A stretch of DNA of 63,663 bases, filler included, from Octopus bimaculoides (Eukaryota): assembly GCF_001194135.2 (NCBI RefSeq). It is 4 parts of 4 records of this genome, joined end to end, with 100 filler letters (N's around TTAATTAATTAA, not from the genome) between each part and the next. Parts side by side here need not be neighbours in the genome. Positions count along the whole stretch, not along the records: positions 1 to 19,355 come from NC_069003.1; 3 more parts are not named here. One strand, given 5' to 3'. This document shows positions 1-13,153 of the stretch, in pieces. Each line of letters starts with the position of its first letter. The first letter of the stretch is position 1. A program made the position numbers and the translations under genes. The notes beneath the pieces were generated by a model that saw nothing but the letters and a program-made list of their open reading frames with translations, searched no databases and was not told the origin of the DNA.

Positions 1-82
1 ATACATACATATATATATATATATTTATATACATACATATATATATATATTTATATACATACATATATATATATATATTTAT

Positions 83-143
<61 letters not shown>

Positions 144-382
144 CATACATATATATATATATACATACATATATATATACATATATATATATATACATAC
201 ATATATATATATATACATACATATATATATATATTTATATACATACATATATATATATATTTATATATACATATATATATTTATAAATACATATATATAT
301 ATATTTATATATGTACATGTACACATACACTATATGTTTATATATTTATATATTTTTATATATTTACACATACATGTATATA

Positions 383-420
<38 letters not shown>
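1..420. repeat. Compound (TA)n/(TATACA)n microsatellite
   Basis: Direct reading: almost pure atatat with interspersed tacatac. Confidence 0.95.
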
Positions 421-421
<1 letters not shown>

Positions 422-531
422 TGATTTATCTATGTGCGCATATACATATACAGACGAACATATGCATATACATACATACACAAACATACAAGTAAATGTT
501 TGTGTTTACAAACATCATAATTTCCATCATA

Positions 532-600
532 AAAGCGTCGAACTGGCTGAATTGTTTGTACGCCGGACAAAATCGTTAGTGGCATTTCTTCCGGGTTTAC
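532..600 (+). mobile_element. Degenerate 5' head of SINE family B
   Basis: aaagcgtcgaactggctgaattgtttgtacgccggacaaaatcgttagtggcatttc resembles the B head aaggcggcgagctggcagaaacgttagcacgccgggcgaaatgcttagcggtatttc seen at 36235. Confidence 0.55.
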
Positions 601-989
601 TTTCAAATTGTGGTTAAATGCTAAGCCAGGTGAGAGGAGCCAGATGAGTGCAGCTAAACGTATAAATTAATGTGCGAAGAAGTTCAATTTCCACTGAGGT
701 CCACACATGACGTGACCCTAACATGGCTGCAGTCCAATGACTGGATCTAGTGAAAGTCATAAAAGAAAAGTAAAACCAACAAACAAACCAGTCAGACGGG
801 CAGACAAGCACACAGACAGACTGCCAGGCGTTCAGTCAATTCGTTAGTGCCCAGTCAACCAGCCAATCGCTTCAGCCAGCCCTCTAAGAGGCACACACAA
901 GCACGTGCACCCGTCCACAGCACCAGACAGCTTACCAACCAGCTACCTACACAGAAATCTACTTTAGAAATCAATATATTTTATTACTC

Positions 990-1134
990 TTATACATACG
1001 CACATACACAAGCATGTACACACACATACATACATACACATAAACATACATGCATACATACATACACATACGTACATGTATATACGCATTTATATGTTTA
1101 TATTTTGTTGTCTTGCAGGCTAGAAGCGAAGTAT

Positions 1135-1175
<41 letters not shown>

Positions 1176-1471
1176 CACATGTATATATATATATATATAT
1201 GGAAATATATATGTATATATATGTACGTATATATATATATATATATATATATATGGAAATATATATGTACGTATATATATATATGGAAATATATATGTGT
1301 ATATATATGTACGAATATATATATATGTATGTATGCATATATATTTATTAGTGAATATATATACATATGTACATTTATACATGTATACATATATATATAT
1401 ATATATCAACATCCATATATGTATATATATATAAGCCTATATATGTATACATATGAATGTATATTTATATA
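990..1471. repeat. (TA)n/(CATA)n microsatellite with a repeated ggaaatatatatgt unit
   Basis: Direct reading; ends in an N-gap. Confidence 0.9.
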
Positions 1472-2322
1472 NNNNNNNNNNNNNNNNNNNNNNNNNNNNN
1501 NNNNNNNNNNNNNNNNNNNNNNNNNNNNNNNNNNNNNNNNNNNNNNNNNNNNNNNNNNNNNNNNNNNNNNNNNNNNNNNNNNNNNNNNNNNNNNNNNNNN
1601 NNNNNNNNNNNNNNNNNNNNNNNNNNNNNNNNNNNNNNNNNNNNNNNNNNNNNNNNNNNNNNNNNNNNNNNNNNNNNNNNNNNNNNNNNNNNNNNNNNNN
1701 NNNNNNNNNNNNNNNNNNNNNNNNNNNNNNNNNNNNNNNNNNNNNNNNNNNNNNNNNNNNNNNNNNNNNNNNNNNNNNNNNNNNNNNNNNNNNNNNNNNN
1801 NNNNNNNNNNNNNNNNNNNNNNNNNNNNNNNNNNNNNNNNNNNNNNNNNNNNNNNNNNNNNNNNNNNATATATATATTCTCAAGTATTATTTGATAATAT
1901 TGTTTCTTAAAATAAAATCCCTCGCGTATTAGATTCAATTTTCACAGCAATAAAACTCTAATAGCTTTTCTGAAGACCATTTTAAATCTAAGTTGACAAC
2001 AATCTCTTTAAAAAGGCGTTTCTTTAAGTCGGAACAGAGAAAGTGAATCGATGCGAGAATATACTTTAGCAGACTCTGAAGAATTCTTTAACATTTCCCC
2101 TGTTGTTTTGACTGCGGAATTGCTTCGTGAATTGGTCAAGCATGACCTTCCTGTGTTTTTGTATGTGTGTGTGTATATGTATTTGTGCGCCCGTGTGCAT
2201 GTATGTATATTGATATATACATGTGTGTGTGTGTATGATATTAATATAACTTACGTAAGATATATATAGGCATACATATAGACATATATATATACACATA
2301 TGTAATATACCATATATAATAT

Positions 2323-2357
2323 CCGACGATGGCTTAACTGGCCAAAACTTCGAAGTC
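2323..2357 (+). ncRNA. Degenerate minimal hammerhead-ribozyme-like motif (PLE type)
   Basis: ccgacga-t-ggc(ttaactg)gcc-aaaac-ttcgaa-gtc: CUGANGA-like core (U4C), stem II, GAAAC-like (G12A), perfectly palindromic stem III acttcgaagt, GUC triplet. Confidence 0.4.
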
Positions 2358-2480
2358 ACTGGCATCAATATTCTTGCTTAAGAATACACCTGTACCCTAC
2401 AAAAGTCTAAAATAATTCCTGGGACTTATGCAAAGTTGTTTTACCTGAACCAAACATATAAAGGAACATAAATGTCGATA

Positions 2481-2482
<2 letters not shown>

Positions 2483-2562
<80 letters not shown>
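2483..2562. repeat. (TG)n microsatellite, about 40 units
   Basis: Direct reading. Confidence 0.98.
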
Positions 2563-2563
<1 letters not shown>

Positions 2564-2831
2564 TTATACATATACACATACATTATTCTATGAAGGATGA
2601 TCATTATGACTGGGACTCTTCTGTTCTTGTAGGAACGAACATTCTTTTGCGTGGATTTGGTAACGATGGACGCCTCCTGCAGCAGGTGTTCAGAGATCAT
2701 AAACCGCGCGTTGGCATATATTGTCATTCCTTCGTCGATTTCTTTTCCTTAAATATTTTGCCTTTTCCGGCTTGATAAGTAGGCCGGCTTTTTGTTTTTT
2801 TTTTTCTCTTTTGACACACAGGACAAACACA

Positions 2832-2869
<38 letters not shown>

Positions 2870-3691
2870 CGCACACACACTCACTCACTTTTGCATAACC
2901 ACACATAAACCTATGAAATTGCACACATACAGTGTATTGGTCCGTCAGAACCTATAGTAGACGAAATTTCCCAATATGTCGCATTCCATAAGACAGACGT
3001 TTTATAGCCATTAAACTAATGATTGTTTTCTTTTTCTCGTCAGGTATTTCTAGTTACAAGACGCATTCCACTGAGATAGATTTTCACCTAAGTCATCAGT
3101 TGATGATTAGTCGAACCTGCTCGACTTCTGAGAGTTAAGTGGCTGCCGATTTATCTATAAAATTACTCTTATATATTTGGAAATATTACTGGCACAATTA
3201 AACCGCTTATAAAACATATTATACTATAGTCGAATGCACGGCTGTGTGGTTTATGGTCTTGGCTTCACGGCCACGTAGTTCCCGTATAAGCTCTGTGTTG
3301 TATTTTAGGTAAGTCATTCTTCGTAGAGTCTCACTACCACGTTGCCCAATCTGTTATAACTACGCTTTAGCTGAAAGTAGTTCACAGGTGTAAGCTGGTT
3401 CTTTCTTTCTTTCTATCTATCTCTTTGTCTGTCTGATGTCTATCTAACTGACTGTCTATCTATCTACCTATCTAACTGTCTGCCTTTCTGTCAGACTGTT
3501 TATCTCTCTATCTACCTTTATGTATATCTGTCTATCTATCCCTCCCCCTCTTATTCTCTCTATCTATTTATGTATCTACCTGTCTATCTTCCTCTCTTTT
3601 TGTCTGTCTATCTAACTATCTATCTATCTATGTCTAGGTATCTGTCTGTCTGTGTCTCTCTTTCTCTATCTATCTATATATATCTATCTCC

Positions 3692-3734
<43 letters not shown>

Positions 3735-3793
3735 AAGTTTGAAAACGCCAATATATAAAGAATGAATTTTAATTTAAAATTTTGTCAGAGATA

Positions 3794-3838
3794 TTTTTAA
3801 CATGTTTCGATTCTTGTAAAAACAAACCTTATCAAAAA
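3794..3838 (-). ncRNA. Minimal hammerhead-ribozyme-like motif with U3:A8 core
   Basis: Reverse complement: ttt-UUGAUAA-ggtt(tgtttttacaag)aatc-GAAAC-AU-GU-U-aaa. Stem I 3 bp, stem II 4 bp, palindromic stem III ACAUGU. Confidence 0.5.
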
Positions 3839-4624
3839 TACATATTTAAAAAAATGAAATTAAATGAGAAGTTCATAATTGTTCCTTACTGGTGTCAATA
3901 GTCCACGTGGACTATAAATGGAAAAAATTAAACTACACAAAATATAATCACCCAAGTTATTAACACTATGCGACCCATCACCGCAGCGTAAGTCCTCACA
4001 GTCTCTTTTGCTGATGTTTCTAATTTTAACCCTGCGCTTAGAAAATTTGNNNNNNNNNNNNNNNNNNNNNNNNNNNNNNNNNNNNNNNNNNNNNNNNNNN
4101 NNNNNNNNNNNNNNNNNNNNNNNNNNNNNNNNNNNNNNNNNNNNNNNNNNNNNNNNNNNNNNNNNNNNNNNNNNNNNNNNNNNNNNNNNNNNNNNNNNNN
4201 NNNNNNNNNNNNNNNNNNNNNNNNNNNNNNNNNNNNNNNNNNNNNNNNNNNNNNNNNNNNNNNNNNNNNNNNNNNNNNNNNNNNNNNNNNNNNNNNNNNN
4301 NNNNNNNNNNNNNNNNNNNNNNNNNNNNNNNNNNNNNNNNNNNNNNNNNNNNNNNNNNNNNNNNNNNNNNNNNNNNNNNNNNNNNNNNNNNNNNNNNNNN
4401 NNNNNNNNNNNNNNNNNNNNNNNNNNNNNNNNNNNNNNNNNNNGTATATACACACATTAATGTATATACTAATATATATATGTGTGTGTGTATATATATA
4501 TATATCACGTTGCTTATTTTCATTATATATATACGAACACGCAAAATAAGCTACACGCATATTTAATACACATGTGTGTGTGTGTGTGTGCGTGTGTATG
4601 ATCACTACATATCTAAACTGAAAT

Positions 4625-4716
4625 GGAGGCACAATGGCCTCGTGGTTAGGGCAGCGGACTTGCGGTCGTAGGATCGCGGTTTCGATTCCCAGACCGGGCG
4701 TTGTGAGTGTTTATTC
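4625..4716 (+). mobile_element. SINE family A, tRNA-derived 5' head only
   Basis: ggaggcacaatggcctcgtggttagggcagcggacttgcggtcgtaggatcgcggtttcgattcccagaccgggcg: Pol III A box (tggcctcgtgg) and B box (ggtttcgattcc); matches the head at 35413. Confidence 0.85.
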
Positions 4717-4749
4717 AGCACCCGTTAATTCGCCGGTGCGTCGAGTAAT

Positions 4750-4892
4750 TACTCATTTTTGCTAGTTGTGTGCACTGTAGCAACGTGAAATGAAGTGATC
4801 TTTTCAAGAAGAAAACGCGCGTCGCCCGCTCGAGGAATTGAAACCACAATATACGATCATGAGTCCAATATCAAAACTAAGCCACGCGCTTC
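4750..4892 (-). mobile_element. SINE family F (tRNA head plus gttgtgttcttgagcaa...cacgttgctccagt domain), 5' part
   Basis: Reverse complement gives gcgtggcttagt...gtggtttcaattcctcgagcgggcgacgcgcgttttcttcttgaaaagatcacttcatttcacgttgct; same family at 26172 and 61990. Confidence 0.7.
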
Positions 4893-6218
4893 TGCTATCA
4901 TAACAGAGAGGAACAATCGAATGTCTAAAACCAGTATAAGAATGAGAACAAAAGGAAAGAAATAGGGGAGAAATAATTTAAGATTCTAGTGTAAAATTGG
5001 TAAGAAATCTAAAAGAAGCCTCACAGTTTACAGACGAGTGAGCATATAATAAGGCTGGAGACCTGAACAGCAAGTATGTCTACCGATTGAAAGAACAGCC
5101 TGAAGTTCTGAAAATATTATTGCTGCATCTTACAGTTGACCAATTTCTTCATTATGGTAATAAATCTCTATTATTTCGTAGACTAGACAACCACTGTTAT
5201 GCTGTCGCCTCCTCAGGCGGATGTGTTACGTGTTGGGTGGGAGGTCCATTTGTGTATTCATGTGTGTGTGTGTGTGTGTGAAGTATGGGGGAAGTTGGTA
5301 GTTTGTAATGTGTGAATAGTGTGGCCTGCGTGTTTGTGTTTCTGTATTTCTGTAACTGTGTTGGTGCTTGCAATTATATATATGTGTGTGTGTATGTACG
5401 TGCATGTGAAGTGCGTTGTTGTATTTCTATTTGAGCGTATGTGTGTACGTGCGTATGTTTCTCTTTATGTATAATAAACTGGTTTGTGCGTATTATGTAG
5501 GTTTCTTCCATGTGTGTGTGTATTTGAGCGTATATGAGTGTATATCAGTGTGTGTGAGCGTTTGTATGCATATTTGTGTTTGCATAAGGTTCTGTATTGC
5601 AAATGGTATTTTGTGCAAGTAATATACGTTCTTCTGTATATGTATGTGTGTGTGTTTGTAAAGATGTGTGTGTTTGCAAAGATGTGTGTGTAAGTATGTG
5701 GGTTTGTTGTACATGTGCGGAGTAAATGTGTTTGTACGAATAAGGTTATTGTGTGTGCATTTATGTATGTGAATATTATATGAAAATGCTTAGGTGTGTG
5801 TGTATGTGTGTGTATGTGTGTGGGTGTCTGTGTGTGTCTGTGCGTGTGTGTGTGTGCTTACATGCAGTGGACGTCCTTATACGAGTAACGTACGTTCTTA
5901 TGTGTGTAAGGAACAATGTGAATTTTCTTGCATGCTCCGAATGCTAGTGTTCGAGTAATCTGAAAAGGTATATAATTCTCAGCGTGTGCAACAATCTGGC
6001 TGTGTATACCTCCGTGTATTCTCAAGTGTAGTAATATATTTACGTGAGAAATGTGTGCATTCGATCTGTATTTCTGTGTATGTTACTGTGTATGTACAAC
6101 TATCAACGTGTGACTCTGCATACATCCGTGTGTGCGCAATATTGTCGGTGTAGCCGTATGCTTGCTTGTGTGGCCCAGTGTGTTTGTGTTAATGATACGG
6201 GTTCTTCAATTTAGTTCG

Positions 6219-6612
6219 TGGCACTCCGTCGGTGACGACGACGACGAGGGTTCCAGTTGATCCGATCAACGGAACAGCCTGCTTGTGAAATTAACGTGCA
6301 AGTGGCTGAGCACTCCACAGACACGTGTACCTTTAACGTAGTTCTCGGGAATATTCAGCGTGACACAGAATGTGACAAGGCTGACCCTTTGAATTACAGG
6401 CACAACAGAAACAGAAAGAAAGAGTGAGAGCAAGTTGTCATTAAAGAGTACAGCAGGGTTTTCCACTCCCACCTCCACCCGTGCCGGAGACTCGTGGAGC
6501 TTTAGGTGTTTTCGCTCAATAAACACTCACAACGCTTGGTCTGGGAATCGAAACCGCGATCCCACGACCGCGTGCCCGCTGTACTAACCACTGGGTGGGC
6601 CATTGTGCCCCC
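6219..6612 (-). mobile_element. SINE family A, full length (about 390 bp)
   Basis: Near-identical to copies at 10391, 14497 and 35413; tRNA-like head at the right end. Confidence 0.92.
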
Positions 6613-6879
6613 ACTTCAGTTTCGATATGTATTGGTTGCCTGTATGTGTACTTGCGTGTGTACGCGAGCGTAATGTGTTTCTGTGAGATTTGTGTACGTA
6701 AGAATGTGTGAGATTTTCTATTCATGTATACGGGTGTGCGCGTGTGTGTGTGTGTGTGCATGCGCGTGTGTGTGTACATTTGAACGTATATATGCTTGTA
6801 TGCGGTTTTGTGAAAGCATACTTATGAACGTGTATGTAAACTTTTCACGAAATTTATTCTGGACACATTCCAGTTAAAC

Positions 6880-8030
6880 ATTTTCAAAATAACGTAACCT
6901 TCACAATTTATCGGACAAAATGGCGAACCTATACAATATCAACTGAACCATGCACCAAAGTTCGATATGAAACTCCATGACAAAATATAGAAGAGAATGT
7001 CTGCCAATCCATGGGTTAAAATTAACGTGGAGTCAACCGTGACATGAAACATCTTAAATATGGAAAACACGCTTGATTTGTCAATCTTAATAACATCAAC
7101 CTTAACATACAGCAACCACATTCCCAACTTGTGTACAAAACCGCTAGCATGATTAGAACCCGATTGGGTCAATACCAGCAAAGCCATTTCGGACAATTTA
7201 AAAGCGGCGGTCAAAGGTGATGCAGGAATAATTCTATGGAACAATAAACAATCGGTTTAGATCTATAAAACGAAACAGACTGATTCAACTTAATTGATAA
7301 CGATAATTACTGCTCAACGATTTTAAATGGGAATCATTATAAAGGCGATCTTACACAGTCTCACCGATTGCCAAGTAAAATAGATGAATTATTATACGAG
7401 CCAGGAAATCTTTACTGGGATAAAATGAAAACTTATGCCTCGTGAATAATATCCACCGCTCTTTAATCTAAGCATAGGTTCATTCGACTCAATACAAGTG
7501 ATCTTATTCTTATAAAACAGCAGTAACGACGCGTTCACATTTGTCAAGTACGGCCTTTACAGAGATGATGGACTCATGAACACGGCCGCTGGAGACATAA
7601 GTAAATTCACGAAAGAATCAACATCTCTAATGATGCATCATGGTCTGCAAACTCCATGAATACAAATATAAAACTGTAAATCTTTTGCGCTCAGATAAGC
7701 ACCACTAGAGTAACGAAATGCATTCCAAAACACAACCATGTAATGGCAGTCACCACTCCTTTGGAAAAAGTCTCACATATCGAAGAACATTTCCCTTAGT
7801 TTCTATGACTTCGCAGGACGAAGATTCTTTCGATGCAAAGAGACAAATTTATTACAATGGTCTTAAACTGAAGAAAAAAAAACTGAGAAAAGATCACATA
7901 AAATACCATTATGAAACACCGGTAGAAGAAGAGTAAGAAAGTAACTTGGTACAACCCTTCCTCACACCAGTTATATTTGACGACGTATACTGCCTAAATT
8001 TTTCTCAGCTTAATCAAATACGTTTCTTAC
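6880..8030 (+). mobile_element. Decayed Penelope-like element RT (Naiad/Nematis-like)
   Basis: Broken frames read SDKMANLYNI; LWNNKQSV; IIRARKSLL; FNLSIGSFDSIQV (7462-7500); GLYRDDGL (7552-7575, same frame, one stop between); NTNIKTVNLL; RRVRKVTWYNP; FLSLI. These match, in order, the motifs DKT.NLY / ARKSLL / FDVTMGS.D / GLYRDDGL / TN.K.VNFLD / WFNPP of this PLE group. Confidence 0.85.
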
Positions 8031-8744
8031 CCATTGGCTGATACCGTAGCTATATATATNNNNNNNNNNNNNNNNNNNNNNNNNNNNNNNNNNNNNNNNN
8101 NNNNNNNNNNNNNNNNNNNNNNNNNNNNNNNNNNNNNNNNNNNNNNNNNNNNNNNNNNNNNNNNNNNNNNNNNNNNNNNNNNNNNNNNNNNNNNNNNNNN
8201 NNNNNNNNNNNNNNNNNNNNNNNNNNNNNNNNNNNNNNNNNNNNNNNNNNNNNNNNNNNNNNNNNNNNNNNNNNNNNNNNNNNATATATATATACATATA
8301 TACACACACACACACACACATACTTATGTGTGTGTATGTGTGTGCGCGCATACAATAGGGCCTATTAATCTGGACATACACTGGCACAACGTTGGACATG
8401 CGCACATAACATCACATATAAATGTAGGAGAGAGAGGTGGGGTAGACAGAGTGAGAAGGTTACATACTCCATGAAATATAGAGGGTCGTATTTATACATC
8501 AATATTGTATGCTTGTTCGAGTGATTTAGTTCTATCCAGGAGACGGAGAGGCATATGATCGTCGGATGCACCGTAGGCAGTGGTGCATGTGACGTTCTGT
8601 ACAGTGATGAAAGACATGCTAGGCATACATTAGCAGGATTACACAAATATGCGCAAGTACATGCATGTTTGGCCAAATATGGGAATATAAGAGCATATAT
8701 ACTCAGAAATCCACCCACCCACACACACATAGTTAAACATAGAG

Positions 8745-8830
<86 letters not shown>

Positions 8831-10390
8831 NNNNNNNNNNNNNNNNNNNNNNNNNNNNNNNNNNNNNNNNNNNNNNNNNNNNNNNNNNNNNNNNNNNNNN
8901 NNNNNNNNNNNNNNNNNNNNNNNNNNNNNNNNNNNNNNNNNNNNNNNNNNNNNNNNNNNNNNNNNNNNNNNNNNNNNNNNNNNNNNNNNNNNNNNNNNNN
9001 NNNNNNNNNNNNNNNNNNNNNNNNNNNNNNNNNNNNNNNNNNNNNNNNNNNNNNNNNNNNNNNNNNNNNNNNNNNNNNNNNNNNNNNNNNNNNNNNNNNN
9101 NNNNNNNNNNNNNNNNNNNNNNNNNNNNNNNNNNNNNNNNNNNNNNNNNNNNNNNNNNNNNNNNNNNNNNNNNNNNNNNNNNNNNNNNNNNNNNNNNNNN
9201 NNNNNNNNNNNNNNNNNNNNNNNNNNNNNNNNNNNNNNNNNNNNNNNNNNNNNNNNNNNNNNNNNNNNNNNNNNNNNNNNNNNNNNNNNNNNNNNNNNNN
9301 NNNNNNNNNNNNNNNNNNNNNNNNNNNNNNNNNNNNNNNNNNNNNNNNNNNNNNNNNNNNNNNNNNNNNNNNNNNNNNNNNNNNNNNNNNNNNNNNNNNN
9401 NNNNNNNNNNNNNNNNNNNNNNNNNNNNNNNNNNNNNNNNNNNNNNNNNNNNNNNNNNNNNNNNNNNNNNNNNNNNNNNNNNNNNNNNNNNNNNNNNNNN
9501 NNNNNNNNNNNNNNNNNNNNNNNNNNNNNNNNNNNNNNNNNNNNNNNNNNNNNNNNNNNNNNNNNNNNNNNNNNNNNNNNNNNNNNNNNNNNNNNNNNNN
9601 NNNNNNNNNNNNNNNNNNNNNNNNNNNNNNNNNNNNNNNNNNNNNNNNNNNNNNNNNNNNNNNNNNNNNNNNNNNNNNNNNNNNNNNNNNNNNNNNNNNN
9701 NNNNNNNNNNNNNNNNNNNNNNNNNNNNNNNNNNNNNNNNNNNNNNNNNNNNNNNNNNNNNNNNNNNNNNATATATATATATATATATACTTCAATTGTT
9801 GCCAGTATATGTGTGTGTGCATGCAATTATGCGCGCATGTGTGTCGATGTATTTTCTGAACGCTCCATGACCCGTAGAATACGTGTTATTGCGCATGTGC
9901 ACATCACGGTGCAGCATATCGTCTGCCTAGCAGACTTTGGCAATATAAATCTACTCGATTTGTTTTGTAAATTTATCTCTTCCATTTATGGCCAACGAAT
10001 TAGTCAGCTGTTATGCGATTATATTGCTCTGTTTCAATGCGTCATTCAATACATATATCTCCCCATACACACTCAAACACAACACACACCACACAACACA
10101 TTAGAACTCGCAAACACATATTTACACCTCTGAACACTTTCACACATGCATTCACGCTCACAGACATACACACACATAAAGACACATGCATGGATCTACA
10201 CACTCATGCGTATTAATGCAATGACACTGAAGCAAGACGTAAATGCTTTCACGCAGACACAACGGAGCATATATTAAGATATTCATATATATATACAACA
10301 TCATTCATGCAGAATCTCTATCATATTTGCATGATCAAACAACAGACACACATATATGCTCATACGCATTTACATACATGCAGAGATACT

Positions 10391-10701
10391 TTGTTGTTGG
10401 CACTCCGTCGCTTACGACGTCGAGGGTTCCAGTTGATCCGATCAACGGAACAGACTGTTCGTGAAATTAACGTGCACGTGGCTGAGCCCTCCACAGACAC
10501 GTGTACCCTTAACGTAGTTCTCGGGGATATTCAGCGTGACATAGAGTGTGACAAAGCTGGCCCTTAGAATTACAGGCACAACAGAAACAGGAAGTAAGAG
10601 TGAGAGAAAGTTGTGGTGAAAGAGTACAGCAGGGTTCGCCACCATCCCCTGCCAGAGCCTCGTGGAGCTTTAGGTGTTTTCGCTCAATAAACACTCACAA
10701 C
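10391..10701 (-). mobile_element. SINE family A, cut by an N-gap
   Basis: Matches 6219-6612 and 14497-14864. Confidence 0.92.
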
Positions 10702-11602
10702 NNNNNNNNNNNNNNNNNNNNNNNNNNNNNNNNNNNNNNNNNNNNNNNNNNNNNNNNNNNNNNNNNNNNNNNNNNNNNNNNNNNNNNNNNNNNNNNNNNN
10801 NNNNNNNNNNNNNNNNNNNNNNNNNNNNNNNNNNNNNNNNNNNNNNNNNNNNNNNNNNNNNNNNNNNNNNNNNNNNNNNNNNNNNNNNNNNNNNNNNNNN
10901 NNNNNNNNNNNNNNNNNNNNNNNNNNNNNNNNNNNNNNNNNNNNNNNNNNNNNNNNNNNNNNNNNNNNNNNNNNNNNNNNNNNNNNNNNNNNNNNNNNNN
11001 NNNNNNNNNNNNNNNNNNNNNNNNNNNNNNNNNNNNNNNNNNNNNNNNNNNNNNNNNNNNNNNNNNNNNNNNNNNNNNNNNNNNNNNNNNNNNNNNNNNN
11101 NNNNNNNNNNNNNNNNNNNNNNNNNNNNNNNNNNNNNNNNNNNNNNNNNNNNNNNNNNNNNNNNNNNNNNNNNNNNNNNNNNNNNNNNNNNNNNNNNNNN
11201 NNNNNNNNNNNNNNNNNNNNNNNNNNNNNNNNNNNNNNNNNNNNNNNNNNNNNNNNNNNNNNNNNNNNNNNNNNNNNNNNNNNNNNNNNNNNNNNNNNNN
11301 NNNNNNNNNNNNNNNNNNNNNNNNNNNNNNNNNNNNNNNNNNNNNNNNNNNNNNNNNNNNNNNNNNNNNNNNNNNNNNNNNNNNNNNNNNNNNNNNNNNN
11401 NNNNNNNNNNNNNNNNNNNNNNNNNNNNNNNNNNNNNNNNNNNNNNNNNNNNNNNNNNNNNNNNNNNNNNNNNNNNNNNNNNNNNNNNNNNNNNNNNNNN
11501 NNNNNNNNNNNNNNNNNNNNNNNNNNNNNNNNNNNNNNNNNNNNNNNNNNNNNNNNNNNNNNNNNNNNNNNNNNNNNNNNNNNNNNNNNNNNNNNNNNNN
11601 NN

Positions 11603-11641
<39 letters not shown>

Positions 11642-11984
11642 ACATAGTATAATAAACGCTTCAAATCGGAGAATAAAATATGATTTATTATTATAGTTAT
11701 ATAGATAGATAGATAGAAAGTGAGAGAGAGGGGGAGGGAAAAGAAGAAAGTGAGAGGGGGAAAGAAGAAAGAGAGAGAGAGAAACGCGAGAGAAAGCGAA
11801 CTTAAATAGATGAATTGAGAACAACGTGGTTAGAGTTTCACTAAATGCTTTTTCTGTGTATCTTCTATTAACCTTTGCGGTTGCAGATTATATAACGACA
11901 AAGAGTGACAAACCCTGCGACAAAATAATTAACTTACGTTCTCGAAAGTCTTCAGTTACTCTTATCTTAATACTGCGTACATTA

Positions 11985-12062
11985 AATGATATTTAATCGA
12001 CCGGCTCCCTCCTCACAAAAAATTGCCAGCCCTTGTGCCTACAGTAGGAAAGAATATTCTGG
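11985..12062 (+). mobile_element. SINE family B 3' tail fragment
   Basis: atcgaccggctccctcctcacaaaaaattgccagcccttgtgcctacagtaggaaagaatatt resembles the B tail at 45850-45905. Confidence 0.6.
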
Positions 12063-13153
12063 AGAAGAAGGTTCGAGTGCAGGTCGTTAGTGTGTAGCGA
12101 GGTGGGCGNNNNNNNNNNGGGGGGGGGATTTATAAACTCTCTGGCACTTAGTTGAAGTCGGGACGCATATATCTTGTTCGGAATTGTAGAGATTACTCTA
12201 GAACATATTAGATAGACGTAGCGAGTCGCGGGACACGGATAGCGATAATCTGGTTTGAGCAGGAGCAACAATATTAGACACGGGAACACCTATGTGGCTG
12301 GACGAGCTGCTAGAAATAACAGCCAAGTCTCAAACAAATCGCACCCTATTGATTCTAAATATAAAATAAGTACACTACGGACGATACCGCCCTAACAGTA
12401 TTATGTTTGTGAGAGAAAAACAACTGTGGATAGTCTCTTTTCTCTGTCGAGACACTCGCCATGGTTTTCTGTAATAGTGCTCGCTTTATACGTGTTTCTG
12501 GAGGGATTACGTCTTTTCTTTGGTGGCATATTTTTTCAATATTGTGAACAAAAATTATAAACATAGAAAAAATATACATTAATCTCTATTTTTGTAAGCA
12601 ATTGTATATATATAGGCAATTGTAAATATATATTATGTCCATATTTTTGTATGCTGTGTAAATTTATGATACATAAGAAAATGAACGAAATAGCACATGT
12701 ATGGAACTGTTAATTTAACGGTATTACAGAGAGACAAAGAATTTTATGTCTTACCTTGCAACTTTTGCGATAAGTATCATCAAGTGGTAATTAATCCGTA
12801 AATATGTATTGTTTTAAAGGAAATAAATGTAAAATTTTGTATTGACACTGGCCAACTCACACTTCAGGCATGTCAGTCGTCCACAAAGTATATAAAACAA
12901 GCAACACTCAACAAGGAGAAAGAGACAAAAAATGTTAAAATCACGTGCTAAACATTTTTTGCTTTCTAAAAAACGTTCAATGACGTTAACTGGAGTGTGA
13001 GATTCGAGTAGACGTCATTCCACCTTTTGATTTATCATTACAATTCTTTTCGTTCGATTATATTTTTCCTCCACTTTTGCATTTTTTTCTCTCCTTGTGT
13101 TGTTCCCTCTGTGTTTCGACCCTGTGTGACATTGCATTATAACCCTATGATTT

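Noticed and set aside
2590-2775. Non-repetitive ORF-like segment with a good acceptor (ttcttgtag)
   Set aside because: No recognisable homology in any frame; it cannot be supported without transcripts.
4625-4700. tRNA-Arg-like sequence
   Set aside because: It is the head of SINE A and continues into SINE body sequence; it has no proper acceptor stem, so it is not a tRNA gene.
12885-12990. TATA-like gtatataaaa followed by an ATG
   Set aside because: The ORF is only 22 codons, and TATA-like strings are everywhere in this AT-rich DNA.
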